Below, one piece after another: positions 1-9,189 of a stretch of DNA of 12,573 nucleotides (positions within the stretch are counted from its first letter, which is position 1; the number at the start of each line of letters is the position of its first letter). The notes under the pieces were generated by a model, which was not told the origin of the DNA, made no database searches, and saw nothing but the letters and a program-made list of their open reading frames with translations. Source of the DNA: Paraspadella gotoi (lineage: Eukaryota; Animalia; Chaetognatha); assembly GCA_051294375.1 (NCBI GenBank), contig JBJCIZ010000996.1, positions 1 through 12,573 of the forward strand, written 5' to 3'. The position numbers were made by a program, and so were the translations under genes.

Positions 1-440
1 TGTTTTTTCCACTTAAACTCATTTCCACTCACACGATTCCGTCGAAACTGTATATCCAGCTTTATCACACACTTTCCTACCCACACACAAAAATTTCATT
101 CCAATCCAACCAGCCAATCACGAGTTATTGGAGCTTTTTGCTAAGGTGGGACGGATGGACGGATTGATTGACTGATTAATTAATTATTGATTAATTAATT
201 GACTAATTGATTAATTAACTGATTAATTATTTGATTTATTAATACATCCTGCATATACATTTAATATAAAAGGAAAAGAAATCATAATCAATTAGTGAAA
301 CAGGTTTTTTTGTTTTTTTCCATTTAAACTCATTTCCACTCAAAAGATTCCATCGAAACTTGGTTTCCTGTTCAATCACACACTTTTCTATTCACATACA
401 AAATTCCAGGTCAATCGATAATTAAGTGGTCATAAGGTAA

Positions 441-720
441 CTTGGTCAACTTGCATAATTTAATCAACTTGGCATAATTTGGTCAACTGACATAATTTGG
501 TTAACTGACATAATTTGGTCTACTGACATAATTTGGTCAACTGACATAATTTATCAATTAAGATAATTTGATCAACCGGCATAATTTGGTCAACTGGCAT
601 AATTTTATCAACTGGCCTAATTTGGTCAACTGGCATAATTGGTCAACAGGCATAATTTGGTCAACTTGCAGAAACTTGATCAACTTTAAGAATTTGGTTC
701 AACTGGCATAATTTGGTCAA
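441..720. repeat. 18-bp minisatellite (GGTCAACTGRCATAATTT), about 15 degenerate copies, followed by (TCAA)n and (GA)n
   Basis: Visible tandem units such as ggtcaactgacataattt-ggttaactgacataattt-ggtctactgacataattt. Confidence 0.92.
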
Positions 721-859
721 TCAATCAATCAATCAATCAGAGAGAGATAGAGAGAGAGAAACTTTAAAAAATTCAAATAAATGTGTCTTTTGGTTTTCTA
801 ATTTGAACTCTTTTCCACTCCTACGATTCCATCAAAAAAATTTATATCCAGCTTTATCA

Positions 860-1142
860 TGTAGAAGACGAAAAATGTAATAATAAATAAGAAGAGAGAG
901 TGAAGAATTGTGACGTTGTAAGAGATAGCTAAGAAAAGAAGTGAGTCTAGCTCTCTCCTGATCCACTTTTATCATCGCCCGGACCAACTTGACCTTACGG
1001 TCGCCTCGGCCCTATTACTGTGTCCGGTCAATCTAAAGGTCATTGCCAAAGCTAGGACAAAGTGACCGTGTGGAATAGACCGGCTCGAAGAAAGAGGAGA
1101 GAGGAAGGGTTTAGAGAGAGAGACCATTGGTAAGTCGCCTCA
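860..1142 (-). repeat. 3' LTR of TRIM #1 (283 bp)
   Basis: Matches 1779-2059 with mostly small indel differences; TG...CA ends; adjacent PPT. Confidence 0.93.
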
Positions 1143-1763
1143 TCCCCCCTCAAGTTCGGACCTTAGGGGTTCGAAACTGACCCTATTTACAGTTAGGTGA
1201 CTTGTACTACTAGTTAAGGAACAAAGTACTTTACAATATTGTTTCTCCTTGGGGGAAAATTTGGGCAAACAATAAGGTCTAGTAGAAAAAATTGGGGGAC
1301 CCACTAAAAAGGGGTTTGTCTTACTACAATAAATATTTACATATATCTCTTCTCAAAAAAAAATATTTTGGGAAGAAATTTTACAAAAAAGAAGTTGGAG
1401 ATAGGAAAAATGATTTGTTTGGTCAAAGTGTTATGATGATTGCTTGCTATTAGGCAAGCTTGGTTAAATCATAAAAATAACCAGCTGTTGATGATTTTGT
1501 TTTTGATGATTACTTGCTGTTAGGCAAGGTTGTGATTAATCGTAACAGTGACCAACTGGTGATGATTTTGGTGCATAGTGCTGATAACCGGTTATCTAAT
1601 AATCACGGATCTCGCGAAATAGGCCTGTGAAACTGAGTGAATCTTTTTCACTAATTAAACCGCCTATTTAATGACTGATGAATAAAATAATCGATCAATC
1701 ACTTGATCAATCAAATCATAAATCAATTAAAAAAAAATGATTCAGAAGGTTACTTATCTTTTA

Positions 1764-1777
1764 GTCGGGGATCACCA
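1764..1777 (-). other. Primer-binding site of TRIM #1, tRNA-Trp-like
   Basis: TGGTGATCCCCGAC lies 1 nt from the LTR. It differs by one inserted base from TGGTGACCCCGAC, the complement of the common animal tRNA-Trp 3' end. Confidence 0.7.
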
Positions 1778-1778
1778 A

Positions 1779-2059
1779 TGTAGAAGACGAAAAATGTAAT
1801 AATAAATAAGAAGAGAGAGTGAAGACATGTGACGTTGTAGAGAAGTAGAAAAGAAGTGAGTCTAGCTCTCTCCTGATCCACTTTTATCATCGCCGCGACC
1901 AACTTGACCTTACGGTCGCCTCGGCCCTATTACTGTGTCCGGTCAATCTAAGGTCATTGCCAAAGCTAGGACAAAGTGACCGTGTGGAATAGACCGGCTC
2001 GAAGAAAGAGAGAGAGAAGGAAGGGTTTTAGAGAGAGAGACCTGTGGTAAGTCGCCTCA
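1779..2059 (-). repeat. 5' LTR of TRIM #1 (281 bp)
   Basis: Matches 860-1142; adjacent PBS. Confidence 0.93.
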
Positions 2060-2734
2060 ATCACATACTTTCCTACCCACACACAAATTCAATTTCGATT
2101 TATCTATCCAATTTTAAAAAACATATTATTATGAGTAAATTTAAGTAAAAATACTCAAGTAAATATGACTTTTGTTTTTTTCCATTTTAACTCATTTCCA
2201 CTTCGCACGATTCCCATCGAAACTTTATATCCAGCTCAATCACACACTTTCCTACCATCATACAAAATTTCAAGTCAATTGCCCTATCCACTCATGAGGC
2301 AATTGGCGTTCAAATAGTTGAAATATATTTTTTTGTTTTTTTTCCATTTAAAACCAATTTCCACTCGCACGATTCCCTCGAAACTTCATATCCACCTCAA
2401 TCACACAGTTTCCTACCCACACACAAAATTCTATACCAATCCATCCATTCCAATCACGAGTAATTAGAGTTTTTTTGCTAAAGTGGACCGGACGGACGGA
2501 CGGACGGACGGACGGACGGACGGACGGATGGACGGACGGACGGACATCGTTTTTTTTGCATAATTAATCATAATTCGATGTTCTGACATGATATAAGTGT
2601 GTGCCCGACAATATTGAGGGGGCGGCCGACGGACCGACAAAGTGAGTGTATAGAGTCGGGATCTGCTGATAAGCAGATCCGACTAAAAATCGACATGAAC
2701 GGATTTCACTCGGCGGAAACGTTACGTGTATAAA

Positions 2735-3990
2735 AACAAGTTTGAGCAAGCAATGTCGGATCTGCCTACAAAAATTAATTAATTAATTAATCGATTAATT
2801 AATTAATTAATTTATTAATTAATTTTAATATTTAATAATTAGTTACAAATTTATATACAGCTTATCATCATCGATGTCCTTAAAATAAAGTAAATATGAC
2901 TTATATTTTTTCCATTTAAACTCATTTCCACTGGCACAATTTCGTCAAAACTTTATATCTAGCTTCTTCACAAACTTTCCTTCCCGCTCACAAAATTTCA
3001 TCTCAATCTATTATGGGTTAAAATAAGTAAAAAGAGTCAAGTAAATGTGACTCATATTTTTTCATTTAAACTCATTTCCACTCGTACTGAAACTTTATAT
3101 CAAGCTTCGTCACACATATTCCTACCCACACACAAAATTTGAACTCAATCTATCCACCCAATTATGATTAATTAGAGTATATATTGGTTAAAATAAGTAA
3201 AAAGATTTTAGTAAATGCGACTTATGTTTTTTCCATTTAAACTCATATCCACTCACACGATTCCGTCGAAACTGTATATCCAGCTTCATCACACATGTTT
3301 CTACCCATACACAAAATTTTATTCCGATCCAACAAGCCAATCACGAGTTATTGGGGCGTTTTGCTAAGGTGGGACGGATGGACGGATTGATTGACTGATT
3401 AATTAATTATTGATTAATTGACTAATTGATTAATTAACTGATTAATTATTTGATTTATTAATACATGCTGCATATACATTTAATATAAAAGGGAAAAAAA
3501 TCATAATCAATTAGTGAAACAGGTTTTTTTCCATTTAAACTCATTTCCACTCAAACGATTCCATCGAAACTTGGTTTCCTGTTCAATCACACACTTTCCT
3601 ACTAACATACAAAATTCCAGGTCAATCAGCCCATCCACTCATGAGCAATTGGTGTTCAAATAGTGAATTATATTTTTTTGTTTTTTCCATTTAAACTCAT
3701 TTCCACTCGGACGATTCCATCAAAACTTTATATCCAGCTCAATCATCCACTTCCCTACCCACACAAAATTTCATTCAAATCCATCCATCCAATCATGAGT
3801 AATTGGTGTTTTTTGCTAAGGTGGGACGGACGGACATCATTTTTTTTGCATAATTTATCATAATTCGATGTTCTGACATGATATAAGTTAGTGCCCTACA
3901 ATATTGAGGGGGCCGACCGACGGACCGACAAAGTGAATTATAGAGTCGGGATCTGCTGATAAGCAGATCTGCTGATAAGCAGATCCGACT
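2735..3990 (-). mobile_element. DINE-1/HINE-like element, copy 2, apparently full length (~1.25 kb)
   Basis: On the - strand it starts TTTTT-AGTCGGATCTGCT...AGCAGATCCCGACT (subterminal repeat plus hairpin, 3944-3990), has short (GTCC)n tracts and five central units (~2905, 3055, 3225, 3522, 3678), and ends with the inverted subTIR GCAGATCCGAC (2755-2765) then ...CTTGTT. Both ends lie in T-runs with no clear TSD. Confidence 0.78.
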
Positions 3991-4264
3991 AAAAATCAAC
4001 TTGACCTAGATCACGCCGCCTTTGCGAGGCAACGGATAACCAATATAAACGAGAGTGACCTAATAATGCGTCTCGTTGGCGGGAAAACTCTCTCTCTCTC
4101 TCTCTCTCTCTCTTTTTCGCTTTTCTTGTGTGAATCAGCAGGGCGCGAACCCGAGTCCTTTGGCGCTACCGGACGAGTAAAGGGGCTGTTCAGCTTCTCT
4201 CTCTCTCTTTTAATTATTATTATATGTCGCTCTCTCTCTCTGTCTCTTTTTTTCTTCTGAATAG

Positions 4265-4284
4265 GGGTAGCCCATCTCAATCGG
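4265..4284 (+). CDS. Candidate 20-nt microexon of the host gene (x-VAHLNR)
   Basis: Long pyrimidine tract ending TTCTGAATAG before it and a perfect GTAAGT donor at 4285; stop-free in the frame that joins the phase-0 exon at 5766. Confidence 0.4.
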
Positions 4285-4467
4285 GTAAGTCAAAAATTTA
4301 GAATGAGAACGTGCTCAAACAAAAATTTATACATTTTTAAGTATACTTTCAATGTACAAACAATTTCTTATATTTATTTTCTAATATTTATTTATAGAAA
4401 GGAAAGGAGTTTGACCCTATTCAGATTCGTCTAAAAACGAGTTCAGCTCTGAAGCGGCTGTCCAGCT

Positions 4468-4531
4468 TTCTCTCTCTCTGTCTCTCTCTGTGTCTCTCTT
4501 TGTCTCTCTCTGTGTCTCTCTGTCTCTCTCT
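4468..4531. repeat. (CT)n/(CTGT) microsatellite; similar tracts at ~4088-4112, ~4732-4757 and ~8836-8897
   Basis: Directly visible. Confidence 0.9.
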
Positions 4532-4785
4532 GTACGATCTGTAGCGTGATCGTGCGTTTTTCGAAAAAATTTGATTATTTTTTTCCTCCTAAAACTTTTA
4601 TTATCGCCATTTATTCCGCGCTTTTTTCTCAATACAAAATTCCAAATTTACATCCGAGTTTTTTTTCGATTTATTTTACGGCTCCGAGATTTAGTCAGAA
4701 TATGTTTTATGTTTGGAAACAAAATTCGTACACTCTCTCTCTATCTCTCTCTCTCTCACTCATACACGCATTTGTTTTATTTACG

Positions 4786-4986
4786 ATGAATGACTCATCG
4801 CGTCAATGAATGACTATCATCGCATCAGTGAATGACTGTCATCGTATCAATGAATGATTATCATTACATCAATGAATGACTATCATCGCATCAATCATTT
4901 GGTTATCATCACATCAATCATTTGGTTATCATCACATCAATCATTTCGTTATCATCGCATCAATATTTGGTTACCATCGCATCAAT
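4786..4986. repeat. Compound minisatellite: ~22-bp AATGAATGACTATCATCGCATC units then ~23-bp AATCATTTGGTTATCATCACATC units
   Basis: Visible tandem units sharing a TATCATCRCATC core. Confidence 0.88.
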
Positions 4987-5192
4987 AACCATTAATCAAT
5001 TACTTGCAGGCTCGATCCTTATGCTTTTAAGATTTTTCTTATTTAGTTTTGACTGGGGCTTACAATTTTGTTTTATCTTAAATAAAAACTACTACAAATT
5101 ACGATACATTTTTATAAAAGTGTGCGATCATAAAAAATTAAAAATTTAGATATAGCTTCTCATCTTTAAGAACTTATTTCATGATAAGATCT

Positions 5193-5499
5193 TGTTTCAT
5201 ATGGATTCAAATATTTTTTGTTTGAATTTCCTTCTCATTATGATTTACTGCAATATGCAAATTATTTTTTATAATATGCAAATTGGTATATGGAATACTA
5301 TATTCTAATTTGCATATTGCAGTAAATCATATTGAAAAAAAAAATTCGTACAAAAAAATATTTGAATATGCAAATTAGAATATAGTACTTACTGCAATAT
5401 TAAATTAGTATATAGTATACTAAGTTCTAATTTGCATATTATAGTAAATTATAATGAAGTGGAAATTCAAACAAAAGATACTTGAATCAATATGAAACA
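5193..5499. repeat. Foldback/MITE-like nested inverted repeat
   Basis: 5193-5264 is an imperfect reverse complement of ~5428-5499 and of an internal arm at ~5305-5367. No clear TSD seen. Confidence 0.8.
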
Positions 5500-5765
5500 T
5501 ATAATTTTAAAAGATTTCGCTCGATAGATCAAATCGAGCGAGACACATACGACGACAGCATTGAGAGTGAGGCAGTCCCCCGAAGGACGAACGCCTATCA
5601 AGTCAAGTCATTGATTAGCCCGAAGTTGGAGTTTGGTTCGTGATTGGTCAGCTGTTTCATGATTCAAAAAGAGGACGACCAATCACATCACAAGGCCAAC
5701 CAAGTTCGTTTATAGGTCCATTCCGTTGATGTTACTTACCCCCGCTTACTCTTTATCCTCGCTAG

Positions 5766-6267
5766 CATATCCGTGCGTGGTGGACGGACTCTGCCTTACC
5801 CGAAGACGTCTGGCTGTACGACGAAATGCGTACGGAGGACGAGGAGACGGAAAAGTCGGAGACGGAGATCGAACCCGTCAGGCTCAAACGGGAAAAGTCC
5901 TCCATGACGACTGAGGAGTGGAAGAGGGCCGAGGAGGAGAGAAAGAGGGAAGAAGAAGAGAGGGAGGAAAGAAAGGAGAGAGAGAGGGAGGTGAGAGAGG
6001 AAGAATTGGACGGAGACGACGAGGAGGAAGAGGAAGGGAAGGAAGAGGAAGAGGATCGGACGAGGGAAGGGGAGCAGTTGACTGTGATCGAAGAGGAACC
6101 GACGGACGAGGACGATGACGACGACCTCGATCCGAGGATCGAAGCCAAACTTCGTCGTCGACGTCGAAGATCGGAGGAAGCGATGATGGAGAGGGAGTCG
6201 TCGTCGTCGTCGTCTGGGGAGAAAGAAGTGGGGGAGGAGAAGGGGGGAGAAGAGGAGGGAACGAGAG
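5766..6267 (+). CDS. Probable internal coding exon of an unidentified protein: HIRAWWTDSALPEDVWLYDE followed by a Glu/Arg/Asp-rich low-complexity region
   Basis: Acceptor CTCTTTATCCTCGCTAG ends at 5765. The frame is open from 5766 and includes the supplied ORF 5826-6275. GC is well above the flanks. Donor AG|GTGAAT at 6268 (phase 1) matches the next exon. It could instead be terminal, with the stop at 6273-6275. Confidence 0.7.
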
Positions 6268-8053
6268 GTGAATGAAACTCGAGTATTTGATTTATTGATT
6301 TCTACATTGACCATATAGTGGAGGTGGTCGAGATAAAAATGGCGAACAAAAATGAGAATGAATCGATTTATTGAAATCAGAAAAGCGAATGGAATCGAAT
6401 TGGCTAATTGTACAAAGTGGCATTCATTTTTATACGGCGAGAGAGAGAAAATTTGGTTTACATTTGTAAAGTAAAACAATTCTAAAAATACTCACAAATA
6501 AGGTAACGTTTTGCGACCGGCGTTTGAACAGAGGGAGCAAAATATTTCTTAGCGGGCATTGGAATTTTTAAAGAATTCGGCCGGCGAATTTTATTTACTT
6601 TCTTACTAATAATAATAATCAGGATCTCCACTCGGCCACGCACCAAAGAAAGCAAATAATATGAGTATCAAATAAAAGCAAATAAAATTAATTAAAAAAA
6701 CGGCCATTTATAAAATAAAAGTACAAATCACAGTAACTTCTTTTTGGCCAGTAAAGCTAAATAATGCGAAATACCAAAATGAAATTAATAATAATTAGCA
6801 AAAATATACGAGCGTGTAAATCACACATGAAAATCAATTACGAGTTCTGATTTATGAATCATAAAGACATCCACAGTTTGTGATGAAGTTGATAAAGCAC
6901 CCATGAACACAGTGAACAGCACAAAACGATGAGCACACATTTAGACTTTGAAAAAGAGTGATGACGTAGCATCGTGACGCAGATCCTCTGTGGCGTAGGA
7001 GGCATAAACAGGGCTATTTCTCCAGTACACGTACAAGTGACTACTGGTAGCATGTTGCCTTCGCAAACGCAAAACATGATCACTGGCTCAAACATGCTCC
7101 CCTCCATCGACCGATCCACATGGCATTTTTGGCGTCCAAAACTTGCTCATAGACGTGACGCTGACGTCCGCATGAATGCCTACACTATAGATGACGAACT
7201 TTCATCGCAAAAATTTGATGTCGTTTTCAAGTTGGCAGAGACTTTGTATTATCAGATTTTTCAATTTTTGTCATCTTCAGGTGCAAATTAAAACCTTTGC
7301 ATAATGCCCATTAGCTATATTAATATAAATTTTTTTTAAAAAAAGCACGACAATCTTTTAATAACACGCTAATGCATGTAGCTGTATGGTAAAATTGTTG
7401 TTTTTATTTTTTATTATAATACAAGGCTTTTATCAATAAAGGGGTAAATTGCAAAGAAAATGAGTTATTTCAAGGCTCCATATTGATACTATGATATCAA
7501 TGAATTTTCTTTGTTCCGGCAACGAAATGTATCTAAGACATAGTTTCATTAGCTAATCATTATTTTTATAATTTTAAAGGGCATGTTTGGCAAAAACAGT
7601 AAAAAACAAAAATGACCACAAATTTTGAGGAAAAAAATTGGATTAATTGCTATTATTTCTTACTATGACGTCAATTTATTTTTTTTGTTATGTGCTTGAA
7701 AGTTAGGCTTAACCCTACAGAATCGGAATCAGTGCATGACCGCTGTATATTTATTTGACTTATACAGTAAATACCGCAAAATAAAAAAAATTTAAAAAGA
7801 ATTCAGACTAAGCGCCGTGTTTATTTTCAGTATTTTTTAGTCAAGACCTTTATGGATTTTCTTTGTTCCGGCGACGTTGGATAGCCCAAACACTGCAATT
7901 TACTGCGCTACTGGTGCAAAAATTGCTAGGAACCAAAATTATCAGAAACCGCTTCGTTCTTTCGGTTTTTTTTTTAAGCGCGGAGCGACATATCTATACA
8001 AGAGTCTTAAAATTAATTTCATCATGAAATGATCCCTGACATCCCCCTTTAAG

Positions 8054-8397
8054 GAAACTGGAACATTTCGGCCACCCTCTCCCAACTCTTCGTCAACCGG
8101 TCTCTCCACGCCGATTCCGCCGCCTCTCTAGTTCCTCCCGCCAAGGTCGCCTCTTCGGCCACCTCGGGCCGTTCCGCCGGCTCCGCCAAGCCTTCCGTTG
8201 GCGGAGGTTCCGTCAAATCCTCGGTCGCCACAGCGACGGGAGCTGCCGCGGCGGCGTCGGATGCCGACGACGAGGGCAGCGGCCATAGCGAGTCCGAGTA
8301 CACGGTGCAGCTGCAGTTGGACAACAAGGAAGAATCCGTTTATTCCTTTAGCGAATTGAGGCAAAAGGAAGAGGAGGACGTCGTTTCGCGGCACACA
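8054..8397 (+). CDS. Probable internal coding exon of the same gene (GNWNISATLSQLFVNRSLH...Ser/Ala/Gly-rich...SEYTVQLQLDNKEESVYSFSELRQKEEEDVVSRHT); not in the ORF track
   Basis: Branch-point-like CTGAC (8036-8040) plus TCCCCCTTTAAG acceptor; stop-free GC3-rich frame; phase-1 start joins 6267 to form GGA (Gly); donor GTGAGA at 8398, with an alternative GTATGT at 8439. Confidence 0.7.
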
Positions 8398-8434
8398 GTG
8401 AGAGGGGGATGTGGAAGGGGTGGGTCGGGATTGA

Positions 8435-8830
8435 GCAAGTATGTCATCCTTCAGAATCGTCTTCCCCAGGGGCGGTGCTAGGGGCGGCCCCGCGGGGTGG
8501 CTCCGCGGGGCGGCCCCTAGGGGCAGGCAAATCTTACCGCCTGGGGGCAGCCTTCTGTAGCCTCTTTCTTTGAACCCCAAGGGGCCACAACAGGCAAGTA
8601 TGTCATCCTTCAGAATCGTCTTCCCCGGGGACGGTGCTGGGAGCGGCCTCGCGGGGTGGCTCCGCGGGGCGACCCCGAGGGGCAGGCAAATCCTTACCAC
8701 TTAGGGACCGCCACCTGTAGCCTCTTTTTTAGGCCCCAAGGGGCCACTCCAGGGGGAATCCCCCAGGAGTTTGAAAAACCTTTCCCCTTGAGGCCACCCC
8801 CAGGGGGGATGAATTTGCTTGCCCCCTGGA
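8435..8830. repeat. GC-rich 159-bp tandem duplication (8435-8588, 8594-8747) with a palindromic tail, probably a repeat/MITE fragment
   Basis: Both units begin GCAAGTATGTCATCCTTCAGAATCGTCTTCCCC. The tail TCCAGGGGG (8748)...CCCCCTGGA (8830) is an inverted pair. Confidence 0.85.
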
Positions 8831-8940
8831 ACGGCTCTCTCTCCCTCCTATCTCTCTCTCCTCTCTCTCTCTCTCTCCTTCTCTCTCTCTCTTTCTCTTT
8901 TCTTTTTTCATCTTTCATTGGAAGACGTTTTTAATGTTTT

Positions 8941-8976
8941 TAGTCGGATCTGCTTTCAGCAGATCCCAACTCTATA
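8941..8976 (+). mobile_element. Isolated 5' terminal hairpin of the HINE-like family
   Basis: TAGTCGGATCTGCT-TTC-AGCAGATCCCAACTCTATA is the near reverse complement of 2649-2685; similarity stops right after. Confidence 0.75.
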
Positions 8977-9189
8977 AAAAATTTAGCATTCATATTTTGA
9001 ATAATAGGAGATTCAGTTCATTTCTTGACAAAAGGCTTTTCGTAGACACTGCCCGCGATAGAACCAAAGTAGTTTCTGCTTGAAATAAGCAATCCGACAA
9101 CGAAGACTGAAGATTATCCAGGAGAAGTAAATGTTGATGAAATTTGTTGTTTAAAATGTTTTTATTGTACATACTTGTAAAATGTTGCA

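Larger units (their letters stand above)
860..2059 (-). mobile_element. Complete non-autonomous miniature LTR retrotransposon (TRIM-like #1), probably Gypsy-type
   Basis: Direct repeats 860-1142 and 1779-2059 with TG...CA ends; ATCA TSD at 856-859 and 2060-2063; - strand PBS TGGTGATCCCCGAC (1764-1777) next to the 5' LTR; PPT AGGGGGGA (1143-1150) next to the 3' LTR; 636-bp internal region with no ORF. Removing it restores the host repeat CCAGCTTT-ATCA-CAYACTTTCCTACCC. Confidence 0.93.
1..2684 (-). mobile_element. DINE-1/HINE-like (Helentron-associated) non-autonomous element, copy 1; runs off the window start and is interrupted by a TRIM and a minisatellite
   Basis: Terminal hairpin AGTCGGGATCTGCT-GATA-AGCAGATCCGACT at 2654-2684 followed by an A-run; (GGAC)n at ~2490-2546, i.e. 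(GTCC)n on the - strand; repeated units starting TTCCATTTAAACTCATTTCCACTC at ~1, ~313, ~790 (split by the TRIM), ~2174 and ~2335. Positions 1-415 are nearly identical to ~3225-3625. The family call rests on architecture known for DINE-1/HINE. Confidence 0.72.

Noticed and set aside
441-720. Possible CRISPR array, also considered for the ~170-bp repeats
   Set aside because: Units are contiguous and degenerate, with no unique spacers and no cas genes; the context is eukaryotic.
2564-5149. Short ORFs of 60-90 aa in this interval
   Set aside because: They lie in HINE repeats, microsatellites or minisatellites and show no recognisable domains.
5517-5541. Hairpin TCGCTCGAT-AGATCAA-ATCGAGCGA as a terminator or Helitron end
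   Set aside because: Isolated, with no U-tract, no following CTRR and no second copy in the window.
5762-6479. Minus-strand Ser-rich and Leu/Phe-rich ORFs and alternative + frames
   Set aside because: Shadows of the purine-rich + strand exon, which has the splice signals.
6480-8010. Possible DNA transposon in the intron (TTAACCCT at ~7709, repeated TTGTTCCGGCRACG at ~7511 and ~7863, ORFs at 6859-7291)
   Set aside because: No matching second terminus, TSD or transposase motif was found.
8034-8053. CATCCCCCTTT as the PPT/LTR edge of a third LTR element
   Set aside because: No partner LTR or PBS found; better explained as branch point plus splice acceptor.
8295-8365. Faint resemblance of YTVQLQLDNKEESVYSFSEL to the ubinuclein N-terminal motif
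   Set aside because: Too short and weak by eye to name the gene; needs a profile search.
8049-8934. Minus-strand ORFs (92, 190, 74 and 60 aa) and the + ORF at 8656
   Set aside because: Antisense to the GC-rich exon, or derived from the 159-bp repeat and CT microsatellite.
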